DNA of 64,000 nt from Nitrosomonas sp. GTDB lineage: Bacteria; Pseudomonadota; Gammaproteobacteria; Burkholderiales; Nitrosomonadaceae. Where the stretch lies: NCBI GenBank assembly GCA_024281995.1, contig JAMWZW010000008.1, positions 29,806 through 93,805 on the forward strand. Direction: 5' to 3'. The stretch's first letter is position 1, and each line of letters starts with the position of its first letter. The notes beneath the pieces are model-generated. The model ran no database searches. It was given only the letters and a program-made list of their open reading frames with translations, and was not told the DNA's origin. Below, piece by piece: positions 1-9,613 of the stretch. Position numbers and translations under genes: made by a program.

Positions 1-124
1 GGCGTATTCGATTGGGGCCATCATCAAATCGTGCGATAGCACTGTAATTGCCTTGTGTACTACCGGTTTCATAAACATTGATGACTTGTTCGCAAATGCG
101 TTTTTGCTGTGCGGTAAGGTTCAT
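1..124 (-). CDS. 5' part of a chitosanase-like (GH46, lysozyme superfamily) protein, truncated by the window edge
   Basis: Not in the ORF track. The reverse complement from the ATG at 124 reads MNLTAQQKRICEQVINVYETGSTQGNYSAIARFDDGPNRIR, resembling the GH46 N-terminus (INVFETG...DG). The ATG overlaps the TGA of the upstream gene (ATGA). Confidence 0.6.
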   Translation of the reverse strand, partial: MNLTAQQKRICEQVINVYETGSTQGNYSAIARFDDGPNRIR

Positions 125-633
125 GGCTGCTCTCCTCTAATTGGTTGCGATGATTTGACAGTGACGTGTTTTTTCAAGCGTGCCTGCAATTCCTTGAGCC
201 GCTCTTCGGTAATTTTCCTGAATGTATCGCTGTATTCCAGCGAAGCCAGCGTTCCGCCTTGGGAAACTACTGAGGCTTGCGCTTTTTCTTTACGCTGGTT
301 TAGCCAACGATCCTGTTCTTGGTATAAATTAACTTGCATGACTGCATTCAAATGTTGCATCAGTCTCATATAGACAATGAATAACTGAGCATCGCGCAGA
401 TCGGCGAGATTTTGCCCGATTCGATTGAGTGCTTGCTGAGAGGCATGCAAGTCTGTACCGGCGGATTCTTCGATAGACTCAGCAACTTGCTCGAGTGACG
501 GCGTCCAGGATGGGGGCACAATTTGCGCGTACAGCGCAGAAGGATTTTGTGCCAAAACTGGCACAGGAGACAGGACGGTGAGCAAGCAGCTTAACGTCAT
601 GGATGCAAGGGTTTGTCTGGTTTTAATATTCAC
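121..633 (-). CDS. hypothetical exported protein (170 aa)
   Basis: GTG start preceded by AAGGA; N-terminal signal-peptide-like segment (ending VLA-Q); helical body; lies between the L,D-transpeptidase and the GH46-like gene. Confidence 0.65.
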   Translation of the reverse strand: MNIKTRQTLASMTLSCLLTVLSPVPVLAQNPSALYAQIVPPSWTPSLEQVAESIEESAGTDLHASQQALNRIGQNLADLRDAQLFIVYMRLMQHLNAVMQVNLYQEQDRWLNQRKEKAQASVVSQGGTLASLEYSDTFRKITEERLKELQARLKKHVTVKSSQPIRGEQP

Positions 634-722
634 GCATCCTTTCCTTATTGACTGGCTTGCAGATGAGGTGACAAACAGGATTGCCTGGATTAACTGTAGA
701 TCTCTACGAAAAAGTAAGTCTA

Positions 723-1889
723 CTACCGAATCTGCTCGGATTGTTTATTCGTCATTTCCAAGACATCGTTCGCTGTCAGTTGCCGGCTCATGTCACCATC
801 CCACGTGGCATTAAACGGCAGGGTGTTCTGCACCAATATCGCGCGGTCGAGATAAGCTTGCAGGGTCAGAGCCGGTTGTGTGATGGGCAGGGCTATGGCG
901 CGCGGATTCTGGATAGCTTCATTCAGCAGAATCCGGTTAATTTTTGCATGCGGTCGCTGATCCAGCTTTGCCTTGGCTGCCGCACGCACAACACTTAATG
1001 ATTTATTAAACAATGCAATATGATTGCGCTTATCGTCTTCGAGGATGGTGTAGGTTTGCAGGTATAATTTGTGGTCGCGCCAACCGAGCAAGCGGGGTTG
1101 ATTCACGACGTGAACGGGCGTACCGACCGGTACATCGTTATAAATACCTACAATATCCTCGGGATACATGCGCAAACAACCATGACTGCCGCGTAAACCG
1201 ATACTGGGCGGTTTATCGGTACCATGAATGGCATAGCTCGGCCAGTCGAGTTTCAAGACATGCGTGCCCATCGGATTATCGGGGCCGGGTGGCACGATAG
1301 CAGGCAGCGGATCGCCATTTTCCGCATGTTCTTTACGAATGGAAAGCGGGGGTATCCACGCCGGATTTTCTTTTTTGGAAGCGACGCGGGTTACGCCTTC
1401 AGGCGTTTTCCATTGCACGCGCCCAATTCCTACGGGGTGCGTGACAACTTTTTGCGGTTCGCCAGGTTTGGCCTTGGGAAAATAAAACAGCCGCATGGCG
1501 GCAAGATTAATCACAATTCCTTGACGCGGCGCATCGGGTAAAACGAATTGGGTCGGAATGACGATTTTAGTGCCCGTTCCCGGCAGCCAGGGATCGACAT
1601 GGGGATTGGCGCTGACAATTTCTTCATAGCCCAAGTTGAAACGGCGGGCAATATCGGAAAGCGTGTCGTCTTTGCCTGCAGTAATGATCTGCAATGTGCC
1701 CACCACATCATCGCGAGCCGGGTCGAAACTGAATTCATGGCTGGCTAGCGGAATGGGTAATGACTTCACCACCGGCGGCAATGCTGCTTGTCTGCTTAAG
1801 AAAGACTGGCAGCCGCTCAACAGCAAAATGCTGGCGCAAAAACCGTATACGAGACCGTCACGGAGTGAACAGGCAAGTTTTTTATTCAT
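723..1889 (-). CDS. L,D-transpeptidase (ErfK/YbiS/YcfS/YnhG family) with LysM-like domain, probable lipoprotein
   Basis: DTLSDIARRFNLGYEEI (LysM-like), YAIHGT...SHGCLRM catalytic motif, lipobox LLSGC. The ATG at 1889 is preferred over the TTG at 1931. Confidence 0.9.
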   Translation of the reverse strand: MNKKLACSLRDGLVYGFCASILLLSGCQSFLSRQAALPPVVKSLPIPLASHEFSFDPARDDVVGTLQIITAGKDDTLSDIARRFNLGYEEIVSANPHVDPWLPGTGTKIVIPTQFVLPDAPRQGIVINLAAMRLFYFPKAKPGEPQKVVTHPVGIGRVQWKTPEGVTRVASKKENPAWIPPLSIRKEHAENGDPLPAIVPPGPDNPMGTHVLKLDWPSYAIHGTDKPPSIGLRGSHGCLRMYPEDIVGIYNDVPVGTPVHVVNQPRLLGWRDHKLYLQTYTILEDDKRNHIALFNKSLSVVRAAAKAKLDQRPHAKINRILLNEAIQNPRAIALPITQPALTLQAYLDRAILVQNTLPFNATWDGDMSRQLTANDVLEMTNKQSEQIR

Positions 1890-2200
1890 ATAATCAACAG
1901 GATCATAAAAAATAGACGTGGTCGATGGCAATCAATTTACAAGATTTCTCGTGATGACACAACAATTAACCACAATAAATCAAGATATTTTCACCATTAA
2001 TTTAAAGTATCACATGAGATACTGAACATGCGGCCATTGTTACCAGGACTATAATCTGCGCAGAGATTTCGAATTGTTTTCCGCATATTTTTTGTGCCGC
2101 TAAAATCGATTGCCAGTATGATTACAAGTTAGAAAAAAACAACACGCCCCGATTTCATCATATATCCATTGGAATTTTGCAGAAACCGTGAACGCACTTA

Positions 2201-3568
2201 ATGGCTAAAATTTTCATCAGTTACCGCCGCGATGATAGCGCAGGCTATGCGGGCCGATTGTATGATCGGCTAGCCGGTCACTTCGGTCGTGATCATGTGT
2301 TCATGGACATCGACCAGATCGAGCCGGGCGAGGTGTTCGACAATGTGATCAGGGAAAAGCTGGCAACGGTACAAGCCGCCGTGGTGCTGATCGGAAAGCA
2401 CTGGCTGAATATCACTGATGCCAACGGGCAACGGCGATTGGATCACCCCGACGACTGGGTGCGGCTTGAAATCACTGCATTGCTGGAGCGGGAAATTCGC
2501 GTCATTCCCGTGCTGGTTGGCGGCGCCGCGATGCCCAAATTGGAGCAACTGCCTGAATGCCTGATGCCATTGACGCGGCGGCAGGCGCTTGAAATTACTA
2601 GTCATGCCTGTTTTCATGGGGATACCGGCAAGCTGATAAAAGCGCTGGAAAAAATTATGGGTGCGCCAACGCCGCCGCGACCCGAACCGCCTAAACAACC
2701 GGAACAACCGGGTTTCCCGCGATTCGCGGCGATTGCCGGTGTGATTGTCGTTTTGGCGGCATGGGTTTATTATTGGGTAATGTCACCGGAGCCAACGCCG
2801 GTTCAACCGGAGACAGTAATACCCAAAACAATTAGCCAACTCGTTACTGACCCATCCAAAATTGCTGTCATTGAACCTAAAATGGTGCGTATTCCGCCTG
2901 GCAAGTTCTTGATGGATTCCGAGGACGGTAATTCAAATGAACAACCCATTCACGAAGTTACGATCGGCTACGCGTTTGAAATCGGAAAATACGAAGTCAC
3001 GTTCGACGAGTACGACGCATTTGCCAAAGCGACCCATCGCAAGTTTCCAAGCGATGAAATCTGGGGACGCGGCATACGTCCGGTAATCAATGTATCGTTT
3101 GACGATGCGCAAGCGTACGTGCAATGGTTGTCTCTAAAAACCGGCAAAAAATACCGGCTGCCGACGGAAGCGGAATGGGAATACGCCGCGCGTGCGAGCA
3201 CGGAAACCCATTATTGGTGGGGTGATGACATCGGCAGTAACAATGCCAACTGCTATGATTGCGGCAGTCAATGGGATAGCCGGCAAACTGCGCCGGTCGG
3301 TTCATTTAAGGCCAATACTTATGGGTTATATGATACCGCAGGAAATGTTTACGAATGGGTACTAGATTGCTGGCATGAGAGCTATCACGGTGCGCCTGGT
3401 GATGGTTCAGCCTGGTTGGATGCTAATGGTGGCGATTGTACTCGACGGGTGATTCGGGGCGGTTCGTGGGGCATCGATCCACTGGACCTGCGGTCGGCTG
3501 ACCGTAACTGGGACTACTCCGATGGTGCCTACAACTACCTCGGCTTTCGCGTTGCCAGGGATTTTTGA
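2201..3568 (+). CDS. TIR domain - transmembrane helix - formylglycine-generating-enzyme (SUMF1/FGE-sulfatase) family domain protein
   Basis: N-terminal IFISYRRDDS...WVRLEI (TIR_2), Pro-rich linker, TM segment, then YRLPTEAEWEYAARA, GLYDTAGNVYEW, RVIRGGSW and GFRVAR (FGE family). Confidence 0.9.
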   Translation: MAKIFISYRRDDSAGYAGRLYDRLAGHFGRDHVFMDIDQIEPGEVFDNVIREKLATVQAAVVLIGKHWLNITDANGQRRLDHPDDWVRLEITALLEREIRVIPVLVGGAAMPKLEQLPECLMPLTRRQALEITSHACFHGDTGKLIKALEKIMGAPTPPRPEPPKQPEQPGFPRFAAIAGVIVVLAAWVYYWVMSPEPTPVQPETVIPKTISQLVTDPSKIAVIEPKMVRIPPGKFLMDSEDGNSNEQPIHEVTIGYAFEIGKYEVTFDEYDAFAKATHRKFPSDEIWGRGIRPVINVSFDDAQAYVQWLSLKTGKKYRLPTEAEWEYAARASTETHYWWGDDIGSNNANCYDCGSQWDSRQTAPVGSFKANTYGLYDTAGNVYEWVLDCWHESYHGAPGDGSAWLDANGGDCTRRVIRGGSWGIDPLDLRSADRNWDYSDGAYNYLGFRVARDF

Positions 3569-3696
3569 CCTGTGTGCTTGGTGCTTTTGCCCTTTGCGGC
3601 ATTTTGTAAGGCGGCTAAGCGCAGCGCCATCCGCCGATTGTCTTGTTATTTGCGCGCCCTTCCTTGCCAAAAATATAAACGAACTTAAAAATCATT

Positions 3697-4623
3697 ATGT
3701 TGCAAAAACTGACATTGCTGTTTCCGCTCTGGATGTTACTCGCCGGCGCCATAGCTTTATTCTCGCCGGAGTGGTTATTGCCGCTGAATCAAGGGCCGGT
3801 TGTGGTGTTGATCCTGGCTTTTGTCATGCTCTGTATGGGACTGACCTTGACCTTCGACGATTTCCGCCGGATTGCCCGCATGCCGAAAGTGGTGGCAATG
3901 GGTTTTGCCGCGCAATATACCATCATGCCTTTATTGGCCTGGGGCATTGCGTCGGGGCTTGATTTACCGGTGCATTTTGCGGTCGGATTGATTCTGGTGG
4001 GTTGTTGTCCAGGCGGTACCGCCTCGAATCTGGTTTCATATATCGCGAAAGCCGATGTGGCACTATCTGTGGTGATGACCGTTTGCTCCACATTGGCGGC
4101 AGTGATGCTGACGCCTCTATTGACGCAATTATTTGCAGGACAACTGGTTCCGGTGGATACCTGGATGCTGTTCAAACAAACTCTGCAAGTCGTGATTTTA
4201 CCTGTTGTACTGGGTGTGTTACTCAATCGCTGGGTGCCACAACTCGTGCAGCGCGTGATGCCCGTTGCGCCGCTGCTATCCGTTTGGGGTGTGTGCGTAA
4301 TTTGCGCGATTGTGTTTGCAGCCAATGCCGCAACCATTCTCATGTATGGTGCTGAGTTGATGCTTGCCGTTGCGCTTTTACATGGTGGTGGTTTTTTGAT
4401 TGGTTATCAGTTTGCAAGGGTCTTTGGGTGCCATGCCCTGAGTGCCCGCACTATTTCAATTGAAGTGGGCATGCAGAATTCCGGATTGGCTATCGTGCTG
4501 GCCAAACAGGCTTTCCCGATGCTACCCCTGGCACCCGTTGCTGGAGCGGTATCGGTGTTGATGCATTCTTTGATAGGCAGTTCGCTGGCGGTGTTGTGGC
4601 GACTCCGGTCCCCACGGCGTTAG
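3697..4623 (+). CDS. bile acid:sodium symporter (BASS) family transporter
   Basis: Polytopic membrane protein with GCCPGGTASN and SIEVGMQNSGLA motifs. Confidence 0.9.
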   Translation: MLQKLTLLFPLWMLLAGAIALFSPEWLLPLNQGPVVVLILAFVMLCMGLTLTFDDFRRIARMPKVVAMGFAAQYTIMPLLAWGIASGLDLPVHFAVGLILVGCCPGGTASNLVSYIAKADVALSVVMTVCSTLAAVMLTPLLTQLFAGQLVPVDTWMLFKQTLQVVILPVVLGVLLNRWVPQLVQRVMPVAPLLSVWGVCVICAIVFAANAATILMYGAELMLAVALLHGGGFLIGYQFARVFGCHALSARTISIEVGMQNSGLAIVLAKQAFPMLPLAPVAGAVSVLMHSLIGSSLAVLWRLRSPRR

Positions 4624-4856
4624 TTCTTTCTTCCGTTATTGGGGTTGTCGAAGCCGTGCTGCGGCCCTATCGGATTATATGATAGGTATTGCCAGCCCGC
4701 TTTTCTTGTTAATGCCACTGTATCTCGCTGCATTTCACGTTCCTAGGATATTTGGATCATAAAGACTGCAAGTCTCGTGTCGATATGATTTCAAAGAAAT
4801 ATGGGGTTAATTGCCCGCATATATCCGATTCAATCCAAATAAATTAGGAAATTGTT

Positions 4857-7800
4857 ATGACCAAGTTTGTGAACGGTGAGTTCTTGATTCAGTTTGCTAC
4901 GCATATGACCGAGATAGAGAAGGTCACTATATTACGCAAAAATGGTGCTGAATTTGTCGATGATTTTGCATCATCTCAACAAGAACCGATGCTCGCGAGA
5001 GTCAACAATCCAAAATCTCTTGAGAGAGTAATCGATAAACTGGCCAAGCTGCCTGGTGTCGAGTTTGTGCAACACAATTGGGTTATATCCAATCAAGTTA
5101 GCAGCGATGATCCGTTCTATACCAACGGTAATCTTTGGGGTATGTACGGCGATCAATCTTCTCCTGCGAATAGCTATGGCAGTCAAGCAGCCGAAGCATG
5201 GAACAGTGGATTTACCGGGACCACAAAAACCGTTGTGGGTGTCATCGATACAGGCATTGATTACACACATCCAGATCTCTATCTCAATATTTGGATTAAT
5301 CAAAAAGAAATCAGCGCTACCCTCAAATCTGCGTTAACTGATGTGGACCAGGATAGTGTTATCAGTTTTATCGATTTGAATCATGCGGCTAACGTGAGTT
5401 ATGTGAACGATCTTAATAATAATGGCCGTATCGATGCCGGCGATTTGCTAGCAGATTCCCGCTGGGAAGGCGGAGATGATTTGGATGGCAATGGTTATAT
5501 TGACGACATTGTCGGTTGGGATTTCGTTAACAACGACAACAATCCTTTTGATGATGTCGGTCATGGTACCCACGTTGCTGGCACGATTGGCGCTACGGGG
5601 GGTAATGGTGCCGGTGTTTCGGGGGTGAACTGGAATATCGGGATGGTGGCGCTCAAGGCGTTGGGTCCTTCAGGAGGGACTTCTTTATCGACAACAGCGG
5701 CAATCAATTATTATACCAATGCAAGCTTGGTTTCCGGTACCGGCCAGAATTTCGTGGCTACCAATAATTCCTGGGGTGGAGGTGGATATTCCCAGAGCAA
5801 TTTTGATGCCATTGTACGCTCGGCGCAGGCTGGTAGCTTATTTGTCGCCGCTGCCGGAAATAGTGGATTGAATACCGATAGTTATGCAAATTATCCCTCC
5901 AACATGAATACCACCGCAGCAGCCGGATTCGATGCAGTGATATCGGTCGCTGCATTAACCAGTTCTGGCACACTGGCTTCCTTTTCCAATTACGGAAAAT
6001 CAACAGTTGATCTAGCGGCACCTGGGCAAGGCATTTATTCAACTGTGCCAGGTGGTGGCTATGCTTCCTATCAAGGCACATCAATGGCTGCACCGCATGT
6101 TACTGGTGCTTTGGCATTGTATGCATCCGCGCTTCCGGATATAACGGCGCAGCAATTGCGTGAAGCGTTATTGAGTACAGTGGCGCCAACCAGTGCTTTA
6201 GCGACAACTACCGTAACCGGGGGACGTTTGGATATTGGCACACTGATTGCCGGCGCGCCTCCTCCTCCCGGTGTAATTATCATTGGCGGCAGCTATACCG
6301 GCACAACAGCTAACAATATCATGAATGCTGGGGCGGGAGACGATATTCTCTATGGTTTGGCCGGCAATGACACACTCAATGGTTTGGCTGGCAACGATAT
6401 ACTGGATGGCGGCGCGGGTAGTGACAAACTCTACGGTGGAGAGGGGTCTGATATATTTCTTGTACTATTGACGGCGGATCACGGAGCAGCGGAATTTTTC
6501 GATTATGGTACTTCGGGCACCGATGAAGTACGGTTTGCTGCAACTGTTAATAGCACGCTAAAAATATTTGCGGGCGATAGTGGCATCGAACGCGTGATAA
6601 TTGGTACCGGACTCGGAGCCAGTGCCAATGCATCCGCCACGACAGCACTAAATATTAATGCTGCTGCAGCGGCAAATGCGCTGACTATCATTGGAAACGC
6701 CGGTAATAATTCGCTCACTGGTACTGCCTATGTGGATCAATTGGATGGGGGCGATGGTTCGGATGTTTATGTCATCAATTCCGCAGCGCATCATTCGGCT
6801 CCGGAAATTACCGATACAGGTTCAATTGGCATTGATGAGGTTAGTTTTGCCGCCACTACGCCCAGCACCCTGACATTGTACGCCGGTGACAGCGGTATTG
6901 AGCGTGTTATTGCCAGTGGAACAGCAGCGCTTAATATTGATGCATCGGCAGCCGAAAACAGCCTTGCGATAATTGGAAATTCCGCATCGAATGTTCTGAT
7001 TGGCACAGCTTTTCCCGATACCATGAATGGTGGCAGCGGCGGGGATATTTATCTCATCAATTCGTCCGCTGAGCACAATCAGGCTGAAATTGCTGACAAT
7101 GGAACTAGCGGAATTGACGAGGTGCGCTTTACAGCTCAAACGGCTGGAACTTTAACACTGTTCGCCAGTGATACAGGGATCGAACAAGCTGTTATTGGAA
7201 CAGGCAGTGCAGTTGCAGCTAATACCAGCGGTACTACCACTCATAACATCGATGCTACCCTAGCACCAAAAGGTTTAACTATCATAGGCAATGCAGGCGC
7301 TAATATACTCAAAGGAAGCATATTTAATGACATATTGATTGGCAATGTCGGTGAAGATTCGCTGCTAGGTGGGGACGGGTCGGATATTTATGTCTTTGAA
7401 AATTCTGCTGACCAAACTGTAGCAGAAATTTCTGATAGCGGAATTACAGGGGTTGATGTTATACGCTATGCCGCTACAACCGCCGGCACACTTACTTTAT
7501 TTGCTGGCGATACCGGTATAGAACAAATCGTTATTGGCACCGGTGTCGGACCTGCGGCGGTTTCTACAGGCACCACAGCATTAAATGTTGATGCATCAGC
7601 ACTGACTGGTCCGTTACTACTCGCTGGAAATGCTGGTGCCAATACACTTCATGCTACGGCACAAGATGATATTCTGAATGGCGGTTCGGGTATTGATATT
7701 CTTGACGGAAACGAAGGATCGGATATTTACTTGATTGCTGCAGCCGCTGAGCATTCAGCTGCGGAAATTTCTGATAGCGGCACTGCTGGATTTGATGAAG

Positions 7801-9380
7801 TGCGATACACGGCGGCAGTTGCTGGTACGCTGACACTTTTTGCCGGAGACACCGGCATCGAGCGTGTCGCAATTGGAACAGGAACTGCCGCAGCGGCTGT
7901 TTCAAATAAAACCACAGCGCTCAACGTTAATGCAGCCGAAGTCGGCAATGCGCTTGCGATTTTCGGCAATGCTGGCGCCAATATAGTAACGGGTACGAAT
8001 TTCGATGATCTTATCGACGGGAAGGGTGGGAATGATAAATTTAATGGCCTGAACGGCTCCGATATTTATTTGATAACCATTGCGGCTGAGCATGCTGTTG
8101 CGGAAATCGGCGATAGCGGTACTTCTGGAAGCGATGAAGTAAGATTTGCTGCGACGGTTAGCAGTACTTTAACTTTATTTGCAGGCGATACAGGTATCGA
8201 ACGTGTCGTCATCGGTACCGGACTAGAGGCTAATGCAATTACATCAGCCACCACGGCGCTGAATGTTAACGCCAGTCTAGTAGCTAATGCACTAACCTTA
8301 ATCGGTAACGCGGGTAGCAATATCCTTACCGGTACTGCCCATACTGATCTGATCGATGGCGGAGAGGGCTCCGATATTTATATCGTGAACGCAGCCGCTC
8401 ATCATATGGCTTCCGAATTCGCCGATAGCGGATTGACTGGAAGCGATGAAGTTCGTTTTTCTGCTACTGTGGCCAGTACACTTACAGTGTATGCGGGCGA
8501 TGTGGGCATAGAACGTATCGTTATTGGTACTGGTACAGCTGCGACTGCTGTTTCAACCGCGACTGTTGCACTCAATATTGATGCTACCGATGCTGTTAAT
8601 GCATTAACACTGGTGGGTAATGCTGGTGTGAATTCCCTGATCGGTACTGCGCAAGCCGATGTAATCGATGGCAAAGCAGGTATTGATATATTGGATGGCT
8701 GGGAAGAAGCAGATATTTACTTAATAAATGTTGCGGCAGAACACACTGCCGCAGAAATTAATGATACCGGTACAAGCGGTGTCGACGAAGTACGATTTGC
8801 AGCAGCCTCTGCGAGTACGCTAATGTTGTATGCAGGCGATAGCGGCATAGAACGTGTAGTGATTGGCACGGGAACTACGGCTAGTGCAAATACTGCCGGA
8901 GCCGCTGCTGTTAACGTAAACGCCTCTGCTGTAGCGAATGGATTGACAATTATCGGCAATAATGGCACTAACACATTGATTGGCACTGCATTTAATGACA
9001 CTTTGCATGGCAATTATGGCAACGATATTATCTCGGGAGGCGCAGGAGCGGACAAGTTCGTGTTTGATTATAGTCCGAATAGTACGTACAACCGAGATAC
9101 CATCACCGATTTCCAAAGCGGTACAGACATCTTACAATTTAGCTTAACATTGTTTACAGGTTTGGGCAGCAATCCAGGAATTCTCAATGCTGAGCAATTA
9201 TTGTCTGGTGCAGGCGCAGTATCAGCACAGGATATTGATGATCGGTTTGTCTATAATACCGCCACGGGCATCTTGTATTATGATGTCGATGGCTTAGGCG
9301 GTATTGCCGCCTTACAAGTTGCGTTAATGGGTACAACTATCCATCCCAGCATCAATAGTAGCGATATCCAATTGATTTGA
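4857..9380 (+). CDS. large S8 (subtilisin-like) serine protease with RTX Ca-binding nonapeptides and 8 tandem repeats; probable type I secretion substrate
   Basis: Catalytic triad motifs VIDTG, HGTHVAG and GTSMAAPHV; GAGDDILYGLAGNDTLNGLAGNDILDGGAGSD nonapeptides; RTX-type C-terminus; no Sec signal. Confidence 0.9.
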   Translation: MTKFVNGEFLIQFATHMTEIEKVTILRKNGAEFVDDFASSQQEPMLARVNNPKSLERVIDKLAKLPGVEFVQHNWVISNQVSSDDPFYTNGNLWGMYGDQSSPANSYGSQAAEAWNSGFTGTTKTVVGVIDTGIDYTHPDLYLNIWINQKEISATLKSALTDVDQDSVISFIDLNHAANVSYVNDLNNNGRIDAGDLLADSRWEGGDDLDGNGYIDDIVGWDFVNNDNNPFDDVGHGTHVAGTIGATGGNGAGVSGVNWNIGMVALKALGPSGGTSLSTTAAINYYTNASLVSGTGQNFVATNNSWGGGGYSQSNFDAIVRSAQAGSLFVAAAGNSGLNTDSYANYPSNMNTTAAAGFDAVISVAALTSSGTLASFSNYGKSTVDLAAPGQGIYSTVPGGGYASYQGTSMAAPHVTGALALYASALPDITAQQLREALLSTVAPTSALATTTVTGGRLDIGTLIAGAPPPPGVIIIGGSYTGTTANNIMNAGAGDDILYGLAGNDTLNGLAGNDILDGGAGSDKLYGGEGSDIFLVLLTADHGAAEFFDYGTSGTDEVRFAATVNSTLKIFAGDSGIERVIIGTGLGASANASATTALNINAAAAANALTIIGNAGNNSLTGTAYVDQLDGGDGSDVYVINSAAHHSAPEITDTGSIGIDEVSFAATTPSTLTLYAGDSGIERVIASGTAALNIDASAAENSLAIIGNSASNVLIGTAFPDTMNGGSGGDIYLINSSAEHNQAEIADNGTSGIDEVRFTAQTAGTLTLFASDTGIEQAVIGTGSAVAANTSGTTTHNIDATLAPKGLTIIGNAGANILKGSIFNDILIGNVGEDSLLGGDGSDIYVFENSADQTVAEISDSGITGVDVIRYAATTAGTLTLFAGDTGIEQIVIGTGVGPAAVSTGTTALNVDASALTGPLLLAGNAGANTLHATAQDDILNGGSGIDILDGNEGSDIYLIAAAAEHSAAEISDSGTAGFDEVRYTAAVAGTLTLFAGDTGIERVAIGTGTAAAAVSNKTTALNVNAAEVGNALAIFGNAGANIVTGTNFDDLIDGKGGNDKFNGLNGSDIYLITIAAEHAVAEIGDSGTSGSDEVRFAATVSSTLTLFAGDTGIERVVIGTGLEANAITSATTALNVNASLVANALTLIGNAGSNILTGTAHTDLIDGGEGSDIYIVNAAAHHMASEFADSGLTGSDEVRFSATVASTLTVYAGDVGIERIVIGTGTAATAVSTATVALNIDATDAVNALTLVGNAGVNSLIGTAQADVIDGKAGIDILDGWEEADIYLINVAAEHTAAEINDTGTSGVDEVRFAAASASTLMLYAGDSGIERVVIGTGTTASANTAGAAAVNVNASAVANGLTIIGNNGTNTLIGTAFNDTLHGNYGNDIISGGAGADKFVFDYSPNSTYNRDTITDFQSGTDILQFSLTLFTGLGSNPGILNAEQLLSGAGAVSAQDIDDRFVYNTATGILYYDVDGLGGIAALQVALMGTTIHPSINSSDIQLI
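6447..9040 (+). repeat. eight imperfect coding tandem repeats (94-113 aa) within the S8 protease
   Basis: The x-D-I/V-Y/F anchor motif starts at 6447, 6759, 7041, 7380, 7719, 8058, 8370 and 8709 (spacings 312, 282, 339, 339, 339, 312, 339 nt). Each unit carries DEVRF...TL.L.AGD.GIE motifs or close variants. Confidence 0.9.
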
Positions 9381-9407
9381 TGTAATTATTCTTATTGATT
9401 CAATTTA

Positions 9408-9452
9408 AATTGGGCCGGAGCGTGCAGTGCACGAAAATTCTCCGGCCCAATT
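9408..9452. terminator. 13-bp perfect inverted repeat with a nested inner hairpin, downstream of the S8 protease
   Basis: AATTGGGCCGGAG (9408-9420) / CTCCGGCCCAATT (9440-9452); the loop contains CGTGCA-G-TGCACG. There is no strong U-tract. Confidence 0.5.
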
Positions 9453-9613
9453 CATATCTTTCTCCGTGCTAAAATTTTAGGTGTTAGAAGTAGCGAGACA
9501 TAAAATTTTGCTGCGATCTGTATAGAAAAAAATTTTCTCATACTTTGGCCATCGATTGAGTTGACGCTTTTTTTCATTTAATAATGATTAACAAATTAAT
9601 TTATTAATAATAC

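Noticed and set aside
3789-4343. Long antisense or overlapping ORFs in the track (for example 3789-4343, 18489-19118, 24470-25006, 57063-57716)
   Set aside because: They are shadow frames of well-supported genes, with no motifs or RBS.
6447-9040. Regularly spaced repeats as a CRISPR array or VNTR
   Set aside because: They are degenerate, in-frame coding repeats of 282-339 nt, and no cas genes are present.
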